A DNA stretch of 64,000 bases. Source: Prasinococcaceae sp. CCMP 1430 (Eukaryota; Plantae; Prasinodermophyta). Below, one piece after another: positions 46,509 to 58,199 of the stretch. A program made the position numbers and the translations under genes. The notes under the pieces were generated by a model. It was not told the origin of the DNA. It ran no database searches and was given only the letters and a program-made list of their open reading frames with translations. Position 1 is the stretch's first letter. Each line of letters starts with the position of its first letter. The stretch covers positions 579,704-643,703 of the forward strand of contig RQSC01000032.1 of the NCBI GenBank assembly GCA_013416795.1. The letters run 5' to 3'.

Positions 46509-48191
46509 TCAGCGCGGGGCGCCTTTGTACGCGATGCTCAGCGCGCGCTGCGTCGCCTGAATCCGGCCGAGCACGCTTCTGGTGTCGCTCACGCGCTTGG
46601 CGATGGCCGCGAAGGAGGGCGCACCCTTCGCCACACCCGCGGCGACCGCGTCCGCCCCCGCCTGCGGCGCGCCGAGCCCTCGCCTGCGGCGGCTGCGCCC
46701 TCCGTTGCCGCACGCGCGCGCCGTGTTTCCGCTCATGGCCCTCATCACGGCCTCCTCCTCCTCGACGTTGGCCAGCGCCGCCCGGACGCGCTCCGTGATG
46801 GTGGCGCCGTCGAGCCCCGAGCGCTCGCTGCTGTCGCGCGGCCCGCGCAACATCGCGGTGCCCATGCGCCCCGGCGCGTGGTCGACCCGCTGCTGCAGTG
46901 CCTTGACCTGCTCCTTGAGCTTTGCGGTTTCCCCCTCCAGCCGGTCGATGGCGGCCTTCTGGCGCGCCTGGACGACGCTGCCCACCATGCGCTCGCGCCG
47001 GTTGTCGGCCTGTGCGCCCTCGAGGCGCTGGCGGTAGCCCTCGAGCTCCATCTTCAAAGAGTCACGCTCGCGCACGTGCGCCTCGCGCGCGGCCTCGAGC
47101 TCGCGCGTGAGATCTTCCGCACACTTGGCGGCATCCTGGCGCTCTCGGCGGTGCACCTCCCCGATCGACTGGGCGTTCTCCGACAGCGTGGCCGAGCGCG
47201 TGGACTCGCGCGTGAGCTCCTCGTTGCGGCTGCGCAGCTCGTCGCGCAGCGTGTTGGTGAGCGCTTCGAGCTGCTTGATGCGTTTTGCGTCGTCCGCGCT
47301 GGATTGCGGCTCGTCGTACAGCATGGAGAGCTTCTCCTGCGCGTACCGCTCGGCGTCGCGCAGCGTGTCGGCCTCCGTGCGCAGGCGCCCGACCTCTACC
47401 TGCGCGCGCGCCAGCTCCGAGCGCAGGTCGTCGACCACCTTCTGCCACCGCAGCGCCTCGCGCTCGACCGCCTCCTCGGCCATGCGCGCTTGCTCCTTTG
47501 CACTGGCGGTGGCGAGGTTGGCCACGCTGGTGGCGTACGCGCCCCGTTGTTTCTCGACGGCCTGCTCGTACGCGCTAGCAACCACCCCCACGCGCTCGCG
47601 AAGCCGCCGCTCAGTCGCGAGCTCCTCCTGGTCCGTCCAGCGCGCGTGCTCGAGGCGCACCTTGCCCTCAACGTGGCACATGTGGCTGCGCGCCGCCTCC
47701 AGCGCCTCGCGCACCTCCTCCACGGAGGACGCCAGCGCGGTCACCTGCAGCAGCTCAGACTGATCGGTCTGCGTGCTCGCGGTCGCGAGGACGGACTCGG
47801 GCAGGTCGGCCGACACCCCCGGCGGCGGGCCCGCCCATCGCAGCAGCGCGCTCGGCGTGCTGCGGGCGTGTCGACGGCAGCGCCCATGGCCGTCCTCGCC
47901 CGCCCCGTCTGCCACACTCTCGGGCGAGAGCGCCTCAGCGTGCGCTCGCATCTCCGCCCTCTGCCGCGGCGTCGCGCCCCCGGCGATCTCAGGCCAGAAC
48001 GGGGCGCCCGGGCCCGCGGCGGGCACCCCCCCGCCATCCTCTCGGCGCAGGCGCTCGAGCTCGGCCTCTAGGGCGGAGTTACAGACCACGTGCGCGAGGA
48101 CTTCGCCGCGCACCTCGCCCCCGCCGCCGCCCTCGACCTCGTCGAGCAGGCGTCCCACCCGCTCGGGCGCCTTCTGCGCCGTCCCTGCCAT
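46509..48191 (-). CDS. Long coiled-coil protein (possibly DUF4709/C10orf67-like)
   Basis: STQTD motif followed by ~300 aa of heptad-rich E/R/L/A sequence. No firm domain call. Confidence 0.5.
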   Translation of the reverse strand: MAGTAQKAPERVGRLLDEVEGGGGGEVRGEVLAHVVCNSALEAELERLRREDGGGVPAAGPGAPFWPEIAGGATPRQRAEMRAHAEALSPESVADGAGEDGHGRCRRHARSTPSALLRWAGPPPGVSADLPESVLATASTQTDQSELLQVTALASSVEEVREALEAARSHMCHVEGKVRLEHARWTDQEELATERRLRERVGVVASAYEQAVEKQRGAYATSVANLATASAKEQARMAEEAVEREALRWQKVVDDLRSELARAQVEVGRLRTEADTLRDAERYAQEKLSMLYDEPQSSADDAKRIKQLEALTNTLRDELRSRNEELTRESTRSATLSENAQSIGEVHRRERQDAAKCAEDLTRELEAAREAHVRERDSLKMELEGYRQRLEGAQADNRRERMVGSVVQARQKAAIDRLEGETAKLKEQVKALQQRVDHAPGRMGTAMLRGPRDSSERSGLDGATITERVRAALANVEEEEAVMRAMSGNTARACGNGGRSRRRRGLGAPQAGADAVAAGVAKGAPSFAAIAKRVSDTRSVLGRIQATQRALSIAYKGAPR

Positions 48192-48816
48192 CGAGCCGCC
48201 GCGGGCCCTTCGCAGCTGCGCCGACGCCTGCGGCGGCTGCAGGCGCGGCCTCGCCTCCCGCCTTCTCCTCCTCGACCTTCGGGTCGCGGCGGGTCGCGGC
48301 GCGTCGCATCGGCCGAGCGCGCCGCCGCGCCCCAAAAGCGGACCGCCGTGCCACTGTAATTGATATTGACGGGAGCGACCGTTACGATGGGCCCGATCGG
48401 ACGCACGAGAATCGCCATCATCGCACCAATCAAGCAATCAAATTGAATCATTCGAATTGAATCAATCAATCAGTCAATCAATTACAGTCTGTAATATGGC
48501 CTCCCTCTCTCTCTCAGAGTCTCTCTCTCTCTCTCTCTCGCACGCGCGCGCGTGCCCCTCCGCCCCCCCGCCCCGCCCGCCCGCCCTGACAGCACCAGAG
48601 GCCCTCGCAGACCAGCTCCCAGCTGTAGTCCGACCCTAACAGGGCCGCCCTCGTGCGCGTCGGCGCGCCCGGCGTCGCGCGCGCTCCGCGGCGCGCAGCC
48701 TACCTCTCCTGCCGCCCAGGCGCTGACACGCTACCGCCGGCGACGCGACGCGCGCGTCGTCGCCGCGCACCCACCTCGCACCGCGCCCCCTCCCACCCGC
48801 GCCCTCGCCGCTGCAG

Positions 48817-48930
48817 CTTCCGCTCTCGCTCTTGCGCACCGCGCAGGGCCACCCCATGCTCATCGAGCTCAAGAGCGGCGAGACCTACAACGGCCACCTC
48901 GTCGCGTGCGACACGTGGATGAATCTGCAC
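48817..48930 (+). CDS. LSM4: Sm-like protein LSM4, N-terminal 38 codons only
   Basis: CTGCAG|[38 protein letters not shown] is near-identical to LSM4 Sm1. Homology ends abruptly. Confidence 0.9.
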
Positions 48931-51900
48931 CGCGGGCGCCGACGCCGGCGCCGGCGCCAAGAGGAAGAAAGGTCGCATGTGGGGCAAGGCCGGGATGATG
49001 GCCAAGCTCGCCGCGCGCGCCAAGCTCACCGCCGAGGCGCAGCAGAGCTCGGCGCTGGAGCAGGTCCTCGACGTGGCGCGCGGCGCGGCGACGGACGAGT
49101 CGCTGGTGGGCGCCACGCGCGCCCACGCCTTCGAGGCCGCCATGGACGCGCGCATGGTCGAGTTTGAGCGGCGGCGCGACGCCCTCGAGGCGTCGATGCG
49201 CGAGCGGCACGCCGAGCAGTACCGCTCGCTGCGGCGCCACTTCGACGACGCGCAGGAGAATCTCGTGACGGCGTCGCCCGCCGTGGTGGCGCTGCGCCGG
49301 CGGCAGGCCGCGCTGGTCTCCCAGAAGAATTACTCGGAGGCCTTCGAGCATCTCAAGGCCATCAAACGCGCCGAGCGCGACGCTGCGGCGTCGCACAAGG
49401 CGGCCCACCAGCGCGAGAACGAATCGGCGCTGGAGAAGCTGCTGGAGCAGCAAAGGTGCGAGCGAGAGAACTTCGCCGCCAAGGTCAGCCAGGAGCACGA
49501 GAACCTCGCCGCATTCAGGAGGGAGAGGCTCGCGCAGCTGGCAGGGGCGGCGGGGGCGCAGGACACGCTGCAAGACATTGCGCGCTACCATGCGCGACAG
49601 CAGCAGATGCAGCACATGCAAGGCGGCGGGGCGATCGGGGCTGCGCAGGTGGAGAGCGGGCAGGAGCAAGGGCAGGGACAGGGACAGCAGCAGCAGCAAG
49701 GCGACGAGCATGTCGCTGAGCGGAGCCCGAGCGCGGGCGCGGGCGCGCATGCTGCCCCCGCGCCCGCCGTCTTCGGCTCAGTGGGGCAACCGTTTGGCCC
49801 GCCGTCCTCCGCGAGCGCGTCCGCGGTGTCGGCGATGCTTCGTGGGCAGCAGGCGGCTCGGGCGCCGGGTGGGCCCGTTGGGAATGCCCCGGCCATTTTG
49901 CCCGCGACTCACGCGTCCGCATCGCAGCTGCCCGCCGCTCCGCCGCTGTGGTCGTTCAGCCCCGCCGCTGGCGCGTCGGCGGCGCCGCCACCTCCACCCG
50001 GAGTCGTGTCTGGCGCGATGGCCAGCTGGGCGCGTGGCGAGGCGATGGCCCCCGGCCGATCCCGCGCTGCGCTGTCGCCTGCACCTCTGGGAGGCACGCG
50101 CTCCTTGCCCGCAGCGTGGCAGCCCGACGTGGCGCTGCAGCGCACGCGCGGCCCAGATGCTGCGCCCATGCAAGCCGTGGCTGGCGCCCTGACCACCGCC
50201 GCTCAGCTTCTCAGCGGCGGCGGCCCCGTCGCGCCCGGCCTGGCTGCCAGCGCGTTCATGGGGATGGCAGGAGCGTCGAGCAACCTGCCGCGGCAGGGCA
50301 TCGCGTCGGAGCCACCCATGCCCATCTTCTGGCGAAACGCCGAGGCGGCGGCCAAGGCGGCCCACGCAGAAGGCAGCGGCGCGCCGCCCGAGCGGCACTA
50401 CAAGCTGCGCTTTACGGGTCGTGCCTTCCACGAAGTCGACCACGCGTCTCTCACAGAGGGGCTGGTGGACACGTTTGGTGCTCTCTTCCGCATTCCGCGC
50501 GAAGGAGTGCGCGTTCGCCTCAGTGCGGGGTCCGTGCTTGCATCTGTGCGCCTCAGTGGCGTGCCCGGCGGCGTCGTCTTTGCGTGCGCGGACGTGCAGG
50601 CCGCGCTGGAGGGCTCAGCGGCGTCAGCCGTGGCGGAGCTCGCATCGCTCGGACTTCGGGTCGCGGAGGTGTACACCGCGCCAGCGCGCACACACCAGCC
50701 TGCTAGCGCGCACGCTGGCGCCGCAGATAGCGTGGATGGCGCCGCCGGCACCGCCGGTGGCGCGCACCTTGGCGGCGGCGCTGCCGCGTCCTCGCCGGAT
50801 CTGCCCGCGACCACGCCTGCTGTTGCCGGCACTGCCTCGCAGGACGAGCCCGGCGGTGATACCGGGGGCGCTGGCGACCCCGGCGGCGCTGATGGTGAAG
50901 CCGCTCGCGTTGATTCGCCGAGTGCGGATGGGAACGATGCACAGGAAGACGCGCCGCCGGCTGACGAGGACGACACTGAAGACGAAGATATTTGGGACGA
51001 GGATATGGTGCCCCTCTCCGCTCGGCAGTCGGGCGGAGGCAGCGAAAAGCAGCGGCTCGCTACTCTCGACCTGGCACGCGTTCAGGCGTTCGTGCAAAGG
51101 ACAGAACCGAGCAAGGCCGCTCTCGCACGAAAGGAGGCTGCAAAGAAACGATTCGTCGGCGCGATCGGCACTACCGCCAAGATGGCCGTCGCCGCGAGGG
51201 CATTCGGCGCGGCGAGGGCGGCGGGGAAGTCGAGGCTGGCCAACGAGGCTAGGGAGAGCGCGGGCACAACTCAGGCGGCGTCGCAGGATGGCAGGGCGGA
51301 GGCTCCGGACGCCTCGCGGCCGTCATCCCTTCGCGATAAGTTCAAGGCCCGCGCGAATGATGTGCGTCAGGGGGCGCGCGTGATGATGGCAATGCGCAGC
51401 GCGGTCAACGAGCGCAGCATGGTGGCAGTCGCGCCGAGTGAAACGAGTCCGGGCACCGCCGGATCGGACTCGGCGTCGCGCACGAGCACGCCTGGCTCAG
51501 ACGCGGCGTTGGTGGCCGCCGCCGAGGCGGAAGCGGCTCAGGCGCTCGCCGATGCAGCTGCCGCCGAGGCGGCTGCGGCGGAAGCCAAGGCGCAGGCAGC
51601 CGCGGCGAAGACGAAAGCGCTCGCGCTCGCTGGCGGCGGCTCGCCGCCCGCGTCGTCGACGGAAATGGCGGTGGCAGACCGCGGCGCATCCGGCAAAGCG
51701 TGGGCTAGAGCGGCCACCAAGATCGGTGCGTTGTCCAAATTCAGCATGGCCGGCAAAATGGCAGAGCCCCAATCCGACAAGGTGGGAAAGACCAGTATGG
51801 ATGACGTAGCGAAAGCCAAGGTCCTGGCCAACAAGGCCAAGGCCAAAGCGGCGGCGCTGGCGCCTTCGAAACCCTTCAGCACGTCCGACATCAGGGTGCT

Positions 51901-52213
51901 GTTTAGCTACGCGCGCCACAACAAGTACCATCAGCTCAAGGACCTCCTCGAGGCGGGCGCACCGGCAGATCCGCGTGACAAGTTCGGCAACACGCCGCTC
52001 ATCATCGCGTGTCAGAACGGCAATGCGCGCGTGGCGAAGGTGCTCATGCGCCACGGCGCCGACATGGACAAGGCAAACAAGCAGGGCAACACGGGCCTGC
52101 ACTACTGCGTTGCGTACGGCTTCAACGCGCTGGGTGACCTCCTCATTGCCAAGGGCGCCAGCGACAAGATCCTCAATAGCCTCGGGTACAATGCATACGA
52201 GGGCATCAAGTGA
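48931..52213 (+). CDS. Large coiled-coil / low-complexity / C-terminal ankyrin-repeat protein; true start missing
   Basis: N-terminal coiled coil. C-terminal [24 protein letters not shown]...[16 protein letters not shown] ankyrin repeats. Confidence 0.8.
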
Positions 52214-52357
52214 GGCATTTGCCAATCCAGTAAACGACTCCTCACACGTTCTGCACGCGCACCGCGTGTCGCCGCGCCTCCTCGGCGACGGGCGGCGTCG
52301 AGCGCCACAGCGCCGGCGGTGTGCATTGCGCAGCCACGCGGCCGACGCCCCGCTGTG

Positions 52358-52820
52358 ATGGGCCTCGACAGTGCGCCGCCCGGGGAGGGCGGTCGTGGGC
52401 GCGGGGGCCGCGGGCGCGGAGGTGCCGCCGCCGACGGCATGGACTTTGACGTCGAGCGCGAGGCGTCGCTCGCCGCGGCCGAGGCGTTCGGCGGCGCGGT
52501 CGCCAGCGGCCACTGCGCGCTGGTGGGCCGGCCAAACGCCGGCAAGAGCTCGCTGCTCAACGCCGCCCTCGGGGCCAAGCTCTCAATCGTCACGCACAAG
52601 GCGCAGACGACGCGAAACTCGGTGCTCGGCATCTACGACGACGACGACGCGCAGGTCGTCTTCGTCGACACGCCGGGCGTGCTGCGCCGCGAGGCGGACC
52701 TTCTGGACTCGCGCATGAACAGCTACGTGTCGCGCGCTCTGCGCGACGCCGACGTCGCGGTGTGCATCGTCGACGCAGCCGACGCAGCCGGCGTCGACTT
52801 CCGCGACGCCGCCGGCATTC
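52358..52820 (+). CDS. era: Era-family GTPase, G1-G3 portion only (no G4 NKxD, no KH domain)
   Basis: [18 protein letters not shown]...[18 protein letters not shown]...QVVFVDTPG...[11 protein letters not shown]. Confidence 0.85.
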
Positions 52821-54446
52821 GGCGCCATCGCAACGACCGCGGCGGGCGCGGAGGGCGCGGGGGGCGCGGAGGCCGCGGAGGCCGCGGGCGCAGAGGCCGC
52901 GGGCGCGGGAGCCGAGCTGATGTTGCCTCCGCTGCGAATGTCACCGCTGCCTCGACCGTGACACGCGCAGCCGCGACTGCAAGCCCTGCTCCGCCTGCCG
53001 TGCATGATTGGAGCGGTCTGCCCGCCTCCACTGATGACATCGTCGCCGCGCTCGCTGCGCTCGGCGATGCCGCAAGGGACGCGTCTGCGGCTCCTGTCGA
53101 TCTCCCGGGCGTGCTGCAGCTTCCCGCGCCTGGTACCGTGCGCCCCCCTGGCACGCGCGCCGAGCTCATTCGGAGGGGCTTTCACACGGAAAAGGCAATC
53201 GCCGCGGCCAACGATGGCGAGCTGGCCGGCAGCGCAGATGCCCGCGCCAAAGCCGACGAGCACCAAAGCGGCCGTTCCGCGCGCGAGCCGCTGCGCGTGG
53301 TTCTCCGCGCTGCAGGCCACACCTTCCGCGCGCAGCAGGCTTCCCCTTCTGAGGGCCCGGCACGCCCAGTCCAGGAGGCGGTATATCGCGGGGCGCTCGC
53401 GTGGCTCGAGCAGCGCGGGCGCGCGCACCTGCGCGGCGATGAGCCGTGCGTACGCCTGCCGCCCCCGCAGCTACCGGCGTGGCCCGCGCCTGCTGCGGTC
53501 TCACCATGGGCCGGAGTCGGCAACGCGCAAATCCTGCTCCTGGACTGGGACGACGGTGTGTTGCGCGGTCTTCCTGCTGGTGGCAGCGTAGCCGCCGGCG
53601 GCGGCGATTCCGCACTGCGGTCGTGGCTCGCCGGGTTGCCGCCCGGCGCGCCAATCGCGCTCGATGCCGAGTGGCGCTGGGACCACGCGCTGCGAACCCA
53701 CCGGGGCGCCGCGCTGCTGCAACTCGCACCGCTCGACGAGCGGCTAGCACCACCGATCCTCATCCACATACGCCAGTGGACGTGCGAGGGAAGGCCACTC
53801 AGGCCGTTCCCGTCCGACCTGGTCGAAGCGCTGCTTGCGAGGCAGTGCGTCGTGTGGGGCGCCGGGAAGCCAGGGACGGGCGATAGGAAACACGTTGCGC
53901 GCACACTCGGCGTAGACGAAGACGCGGGGCGACGAGCCAGCGGCACCGACGACCTCACAAGGCAGCTCGCAGGTCTGACCACGGACGACAGTGCGGGTGC
54001 TCCATCTCGGGACCCCTTTGGCTGGCTCGAGGCGCAGGAACTCGTACACGTGCGATACCCAGCGCTCAAGGGGCCGCAGGGTGGGGGCACCGGCATCGGA
54101 CTGGCGGCCGCCGCGCGCATGTTGTTGGGCGTGGACCCGCCGAAAGACGCCTCCATGCGCAAACGCGACTGGTCAAAGCAGCTGGACGAGAGCGCCGCAT
54201 ACTACGCTGCGCTCGACGCGGTTCTCATTGGTGAGGATGGCATGCGGTGTGCGCCAGGGAGCGCGCCGCTCAGGCGCTCGCGCGCGCTCGCAGCGAGTGC
54301 CTATGAAAGCGGCTGCTGGCTAACCCGGCGCTCTCGCCTGCACCCGCGCTCTCGGAACCACCGTTGCAGGGCGCATCTTGAGCGCCATGCTCCGCGACAA
54401 GGAGCACGTGCCCCTCCGCGGAACGCCCTGGCCCGCGCAGGCGTGA
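52821..54446 (+). CDS. RGG box plus DEDDy 3'-5' exonuclease (WRN/EXD-like), in frame with the Era fragment; intron 54231-54369
   Basis: PIALDAEW (ExoI), [19 protein letters not shown]...[10 protein letters not shown]...YAALDA (ExoIII). Confidence 0.75.
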
Positions 54447-54635
54447 GGCGGCGTAAATTCCCCGAAGCTCACGTGGACGGGTGGGTGCGCGCGCGGCAGC
54501 TCACCGGTGCGAACGCGGCGGCGGCGCAGCACGTGTACCATGTACAATAAAGTGTCATATGTGTACGTGAGAAGGCGCCGCCCTCGCACCCGCGCAGCGT
54601 CTGGCGGCTGCTCGCTGCACCGCGGCGCCCCGCGC

Positions 54636-56500
54636 TCAGCGCTTCAGCCCCTCCAGCTTCACAGCCGGCTCATACGGGCTCGGGATGACCACCTTCAGGG
54701 CCGGATCGAGCTTTCCGAGCGCGGCGTATATCGCCGGCATGGGCGGCGGCTTGATAGCCGGCTCGGGGATGTCTCGCACTGTCCGGGCACCCGCCGCCAG
54801 CGCAGACGCGCACGTCAGCGCGCGAGCGCGCGAGGGGTGCGCGAGGGGATCCGGGCGTGCCCCCGGGCACCCACGCGCCTGGCCTGGGGTCCTCGGCGCC
54901 CCTGTGCGCGTGCGCTCCGCGCGGACCGCGCGAACACAGCTGCGCGCACGCACCATACGCGATCTTTCCGTCCTGGTCCAGCTCATAGAAGGAGATGCCC
55001 TTGACCCTGCGCGCGCCCTCGCCCATGCCCAGGTCCACCTCCCAGCAGAACGCACACGCGCTTTCGCCGTCCGAAACGCGCTCGACGACGAACGTGAGCC
55101 CCGGGATGTCGAACTCGCGCAGGAACGCCTCAACGGCCGCCTTTCCTAGGAAGGGCTGCTCGTAGTTGAAGTCCTCGTAGCGGACTCCGTCGGAGAAGAA
55201 ACGCACGCTCTCGTCCACGACGCTCGCGCCCGAGCCCTGCACGTCGCACCACAGGTAGCGCACGACGTCCGAGCAGGCCGTCGGAGTGCGGCGTTCGAGC
55301 GCCCCTGCGGGCCTCGCGTCTGCGGTGCCCCCGTCGCCCGCCTGCTTCTCAGCAATGGCCTTGAGCAGCTTGGCGGTGGCTTCCCCGGGCTTGAAGAGCG
55401 GCTCAACGCCGACGCGCACGTACTGTATGCGTCCCTGGTCGTCGACCTCCAAGTAGAGCGTGCCGCGCAGGCCGCGGCCCGACACGCCCTCGCGTGCGCG
55501 GTGGAAGGTGAAGCCCGAAGCCCGCTCGCCGTCGGCGATGCGCTCGATGGCGATCGTGGCGCCGTTGCGCTCGTCCTCGGCCTGCGCCGCGGCGAGGTGG
55601 GCGTACACCGCCTGCGACCCCCTGAGGGGCTCTTCGAGGCTCATGTCCTCCCACACGACGTCGGGCGCGCACGCTGCGGCCACGCGGCCGGCGTCCCACG
55701 CGCCGCACTCGATGCAGTCGCACCACTCACCGCCGCCGTCGCTGCAGAAGGTGCGTCGGATGCGCTCGTCCGCGCGCGACACGTCGGGCGCCGCGGGCAG
55801 GACGAAGGGCAGCGCACTGCTGCCGCCGGACCCCTCGGCGCCCTGCCCGCCGTCCCACTCAGGCGGCGGAAGGCCCTTGCCGCTGAGCATGCACATCGTC
55901 AGGTGAAGCAGAAGGCCCTTGGAGGCGCGCGAGAGGCGTTGTGAGCGAAAGGCCGCAGGGGGCAGGGGGGGGGCGGGGGGCAGCCGCGTCAGCGCATCGA
56001 GCGCGCGCGCAGGCGCCGCCGCCGCCGCGCGCCCGGGGCGCGCGCTCTCACCGGCGGACCCGTGAAGTTCGTGAGCAGCACGCTCGCCCGGACGAGCGGC
56101 ACGTCCCTCCTGACGGCATCCAGCCAAACCCATCGTCCAACGAAGAGGTCCCACGCAAGCACGTGCGCCCACTCCTCCGTGACGAAGTTGGGGTTCTCCA
56201 GCATGGACTGGAAGCTCTCGAGGGGCACGTTGCGGAGCGCGCCTTCGGCCGAGAAGACGCCCGCGAACTTGGCGAGCTCCTCCGTTGCGTTGGGCTGGCC
56301 GAAGCCAATGGCGTCCACCCAGAAGTGGACGCCCGCGCACGCGATCGGGAACCACAGCGGCGTCATGAGCGCGCGCGTGACCGCTGCGCGCGGCGCGACC
56401 GTCATGAGCGTCCACGGCAGCTGCGGGAAGAATGTGGCAACGCTGAACGCCAGCGAGATCTCGGGCAGCACGCCCGGCGGCGCGACGACCCCCAACGCGT
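54636..56500 (-). CDS. ABA4/DUF4281 membrane domain fused to two SnoaL/NTF2-like domains; introns 55918-56051 and 54779-54953; start unresolved
   Basis: WTLMTVAPRA...EWAHVLAWDLFVGRWVWLD...RASVLLTNFTGPP|GLLLHL (ABA4), then DVVWEDMSLEEPLRG and VRYEDFNYEQPFLGKAAV...KGISFYELDQDGKIAY|VRDIPEP (SnoaL). Confidence 0.85.
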
Positions 56501-56595
56501 CCGCGAGGTTCGCCGCACGCGGCGCGGCGCGGCGCGGTGCGTGCGCCGGCCGCCTCCACCACGCGCCGCGCGCCGCGCCGCCGCCGCGAACGCAC

Positions 56596-56635
56596 CCTTG
56601 ACGGGCTTGCCGACCTTATCGAAGAGCGACGGCAT
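56596..56635 (-). CDS. Orphan first exon resembling the N-terminal helix of a VDAC porin
   Basis: cagccATG...MPSLFDKVGKPVK G|GTGCGT, similar to the VDAC PxFxDxGKxxKD motif. No phase-compatible acceptor downstream. Confidence 0.3.
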
Positions 56636-57199
56636 GGCTGCTTGGGGGGGGGGAGGGTGAGCGTGCGTACCGGGCGGGCGTGGCGCGCACTGTGCCCCGC
56701 GCGCCCGGCACAGTGCGATTCTTCGCCCCGGCTGCGCTCCGCTCCGCCACGCCGCGCCTGCGACCGCCCGCCCCCCTCTCGCCCGCCCCCCCCGGGCGAC
56801 GTGTGGCGCGCGCGCGCCGCGCCGCTGCCATCATTTCGGATCGCGTGGCGCGGCGAGGCGCCACCGGTCGGCCAGTAGTTATTCAGCAGTGCATCCGCGG
56901 GCGCGTACCCGTACACCCCGCACCCGACGGACGGGCACCAGCCGCGGCGCCCCGATCGGAGCAGGTCCCCGCAGCGCGCGCGGAGCGAGCGAGCCCGAAA
57001 CCGAGACCTGAAACCCTCTGCGGCCGCGGCCAACCAACCAAAATCCAAACTGCGCGAGCGCGATGCCGCGACCGCATTCGCGGGGTGCGCTGCCTGTGCC
57101 TGAAAGGGCGGCGCGAACGTGCCGACCAAACCTGAATCTGAGAATCTCCTGAATCGTGCTGATCATGTTTGTCACGCCCAATCGCGCTCGCGCCGCAGC

Positions 57200-57363
57200 G
57201 CGCGCCGCGCGAGAGGCGGGAGGACGCAGCAGTACGAGGGCGGGTGCTGGCGCCACACGCCGCGTACGCAGACGCCTTCGGCGACGCCGCGCCGACGGCC
57301 GCGGCGTTCGCCGACGCCTTCAGGTGCGTGAGAGCGCGGGACAGCGTGTGTGTGTGCGTGTGC

Positions 57364-57394
<31 letters not shown>

Positions 57395-57976
57395 CGCATG
57401 TGTGTGTGTGCGCATGTGTGTGTGCGTGTGCGCATGTGTGTGTGCGCATGTGTGTGTGTGTGTGTACGTGCGCGTGTGTGTGTCTGCGTGTGCGTATGCG
57501 TATGCATGTGCGTGCATGTGTGTGTGTGTGTGTGTACGCGTGTGCGTGTGTCTACGTGTGTGTTTTGAAGTCTGTGCACGTCCGTGCGTGTGTGTACGCG
57601 CGCGCGCGTGTGCGCGTGCGAGCGCGCTGACAACCCGATGCGGCGCCCCCCGCCCCCCCGGCGCTCCTGACCTTCAGGGCGGACGCCGACGGCGCCACCG
57701 AGGCGCTCATCGGCGGCCTGGGCGCCGCGCGCTGGGAGGACTTCCAGCGCGAGGCGCACGCGCTCAAGCTGCGCGCGGACGAGGCGGAGGCGAGGGCGGA
57801 GGCGTCGCCGCCGCCCCCCTCCGCCGCGCGGCCATCCTCGCGCGGCCGGTCGCGCGCGGCGCTCCGCTCGCTCCCCTTGCCCCCCTCGCTCCCTTCGCCG
57901 GCCCGCTCGGCGCTGCCGCGTCCCTCCAGGCGCGCGTCGTCTTCCCCATCGTTCTCTTTTTCCATCTCCTCCTTGT
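57200..57976 (+). CDS. Hypothetical two-exon protein (intron 57324-57677); both ends uncertain
   Basis: AG|GTGCGT...CTTCAG|G joins EDAAVRGRVLAPHAAYADAFG...AFR to ADADGATEALIGGLGAARWEDFQREAHALKL. Coding-like codon use. Confidence 0.4.
57345..57610. repeat. Compound (TG)n/(CG)n/(CA)n alternating purine-pyrimidine tract inside an intron
   Basis: Direct read. Confidence 0.92.
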
Positions 57977-58100
57977 AGCCCTCCACGAAGGCCTTGATGG
58001 TGTCGCGATATGTCTCGGGCGGTATGGACGCCAGGCGCAAGAAGGGCTGCGCAGCGGCCGAGGGGAAGGCGGTGGCGCCGGAGGTGCCAGAGGCGCTGGA
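57800..58100 (-). CDS. Fragment resembling the C-terminus of plant EMB2735-like proteins
   Basis: QPFLRLASIPPETYRDTIKAFVEGYKEEMEKE resembles YRDALKSFIEGYQEG, recalled from memory only. Confidence 0.35.
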
Positions 58101-58199
58101 GGCGTCGCCACCCGCGCTTCCGCCGGCGCCAGCGCTCGCGCTCGCGCCGGGGGCGGCGGGGGCGGCCGGCGGCGGCGATCTGGACGCGGCGGACGGCGT

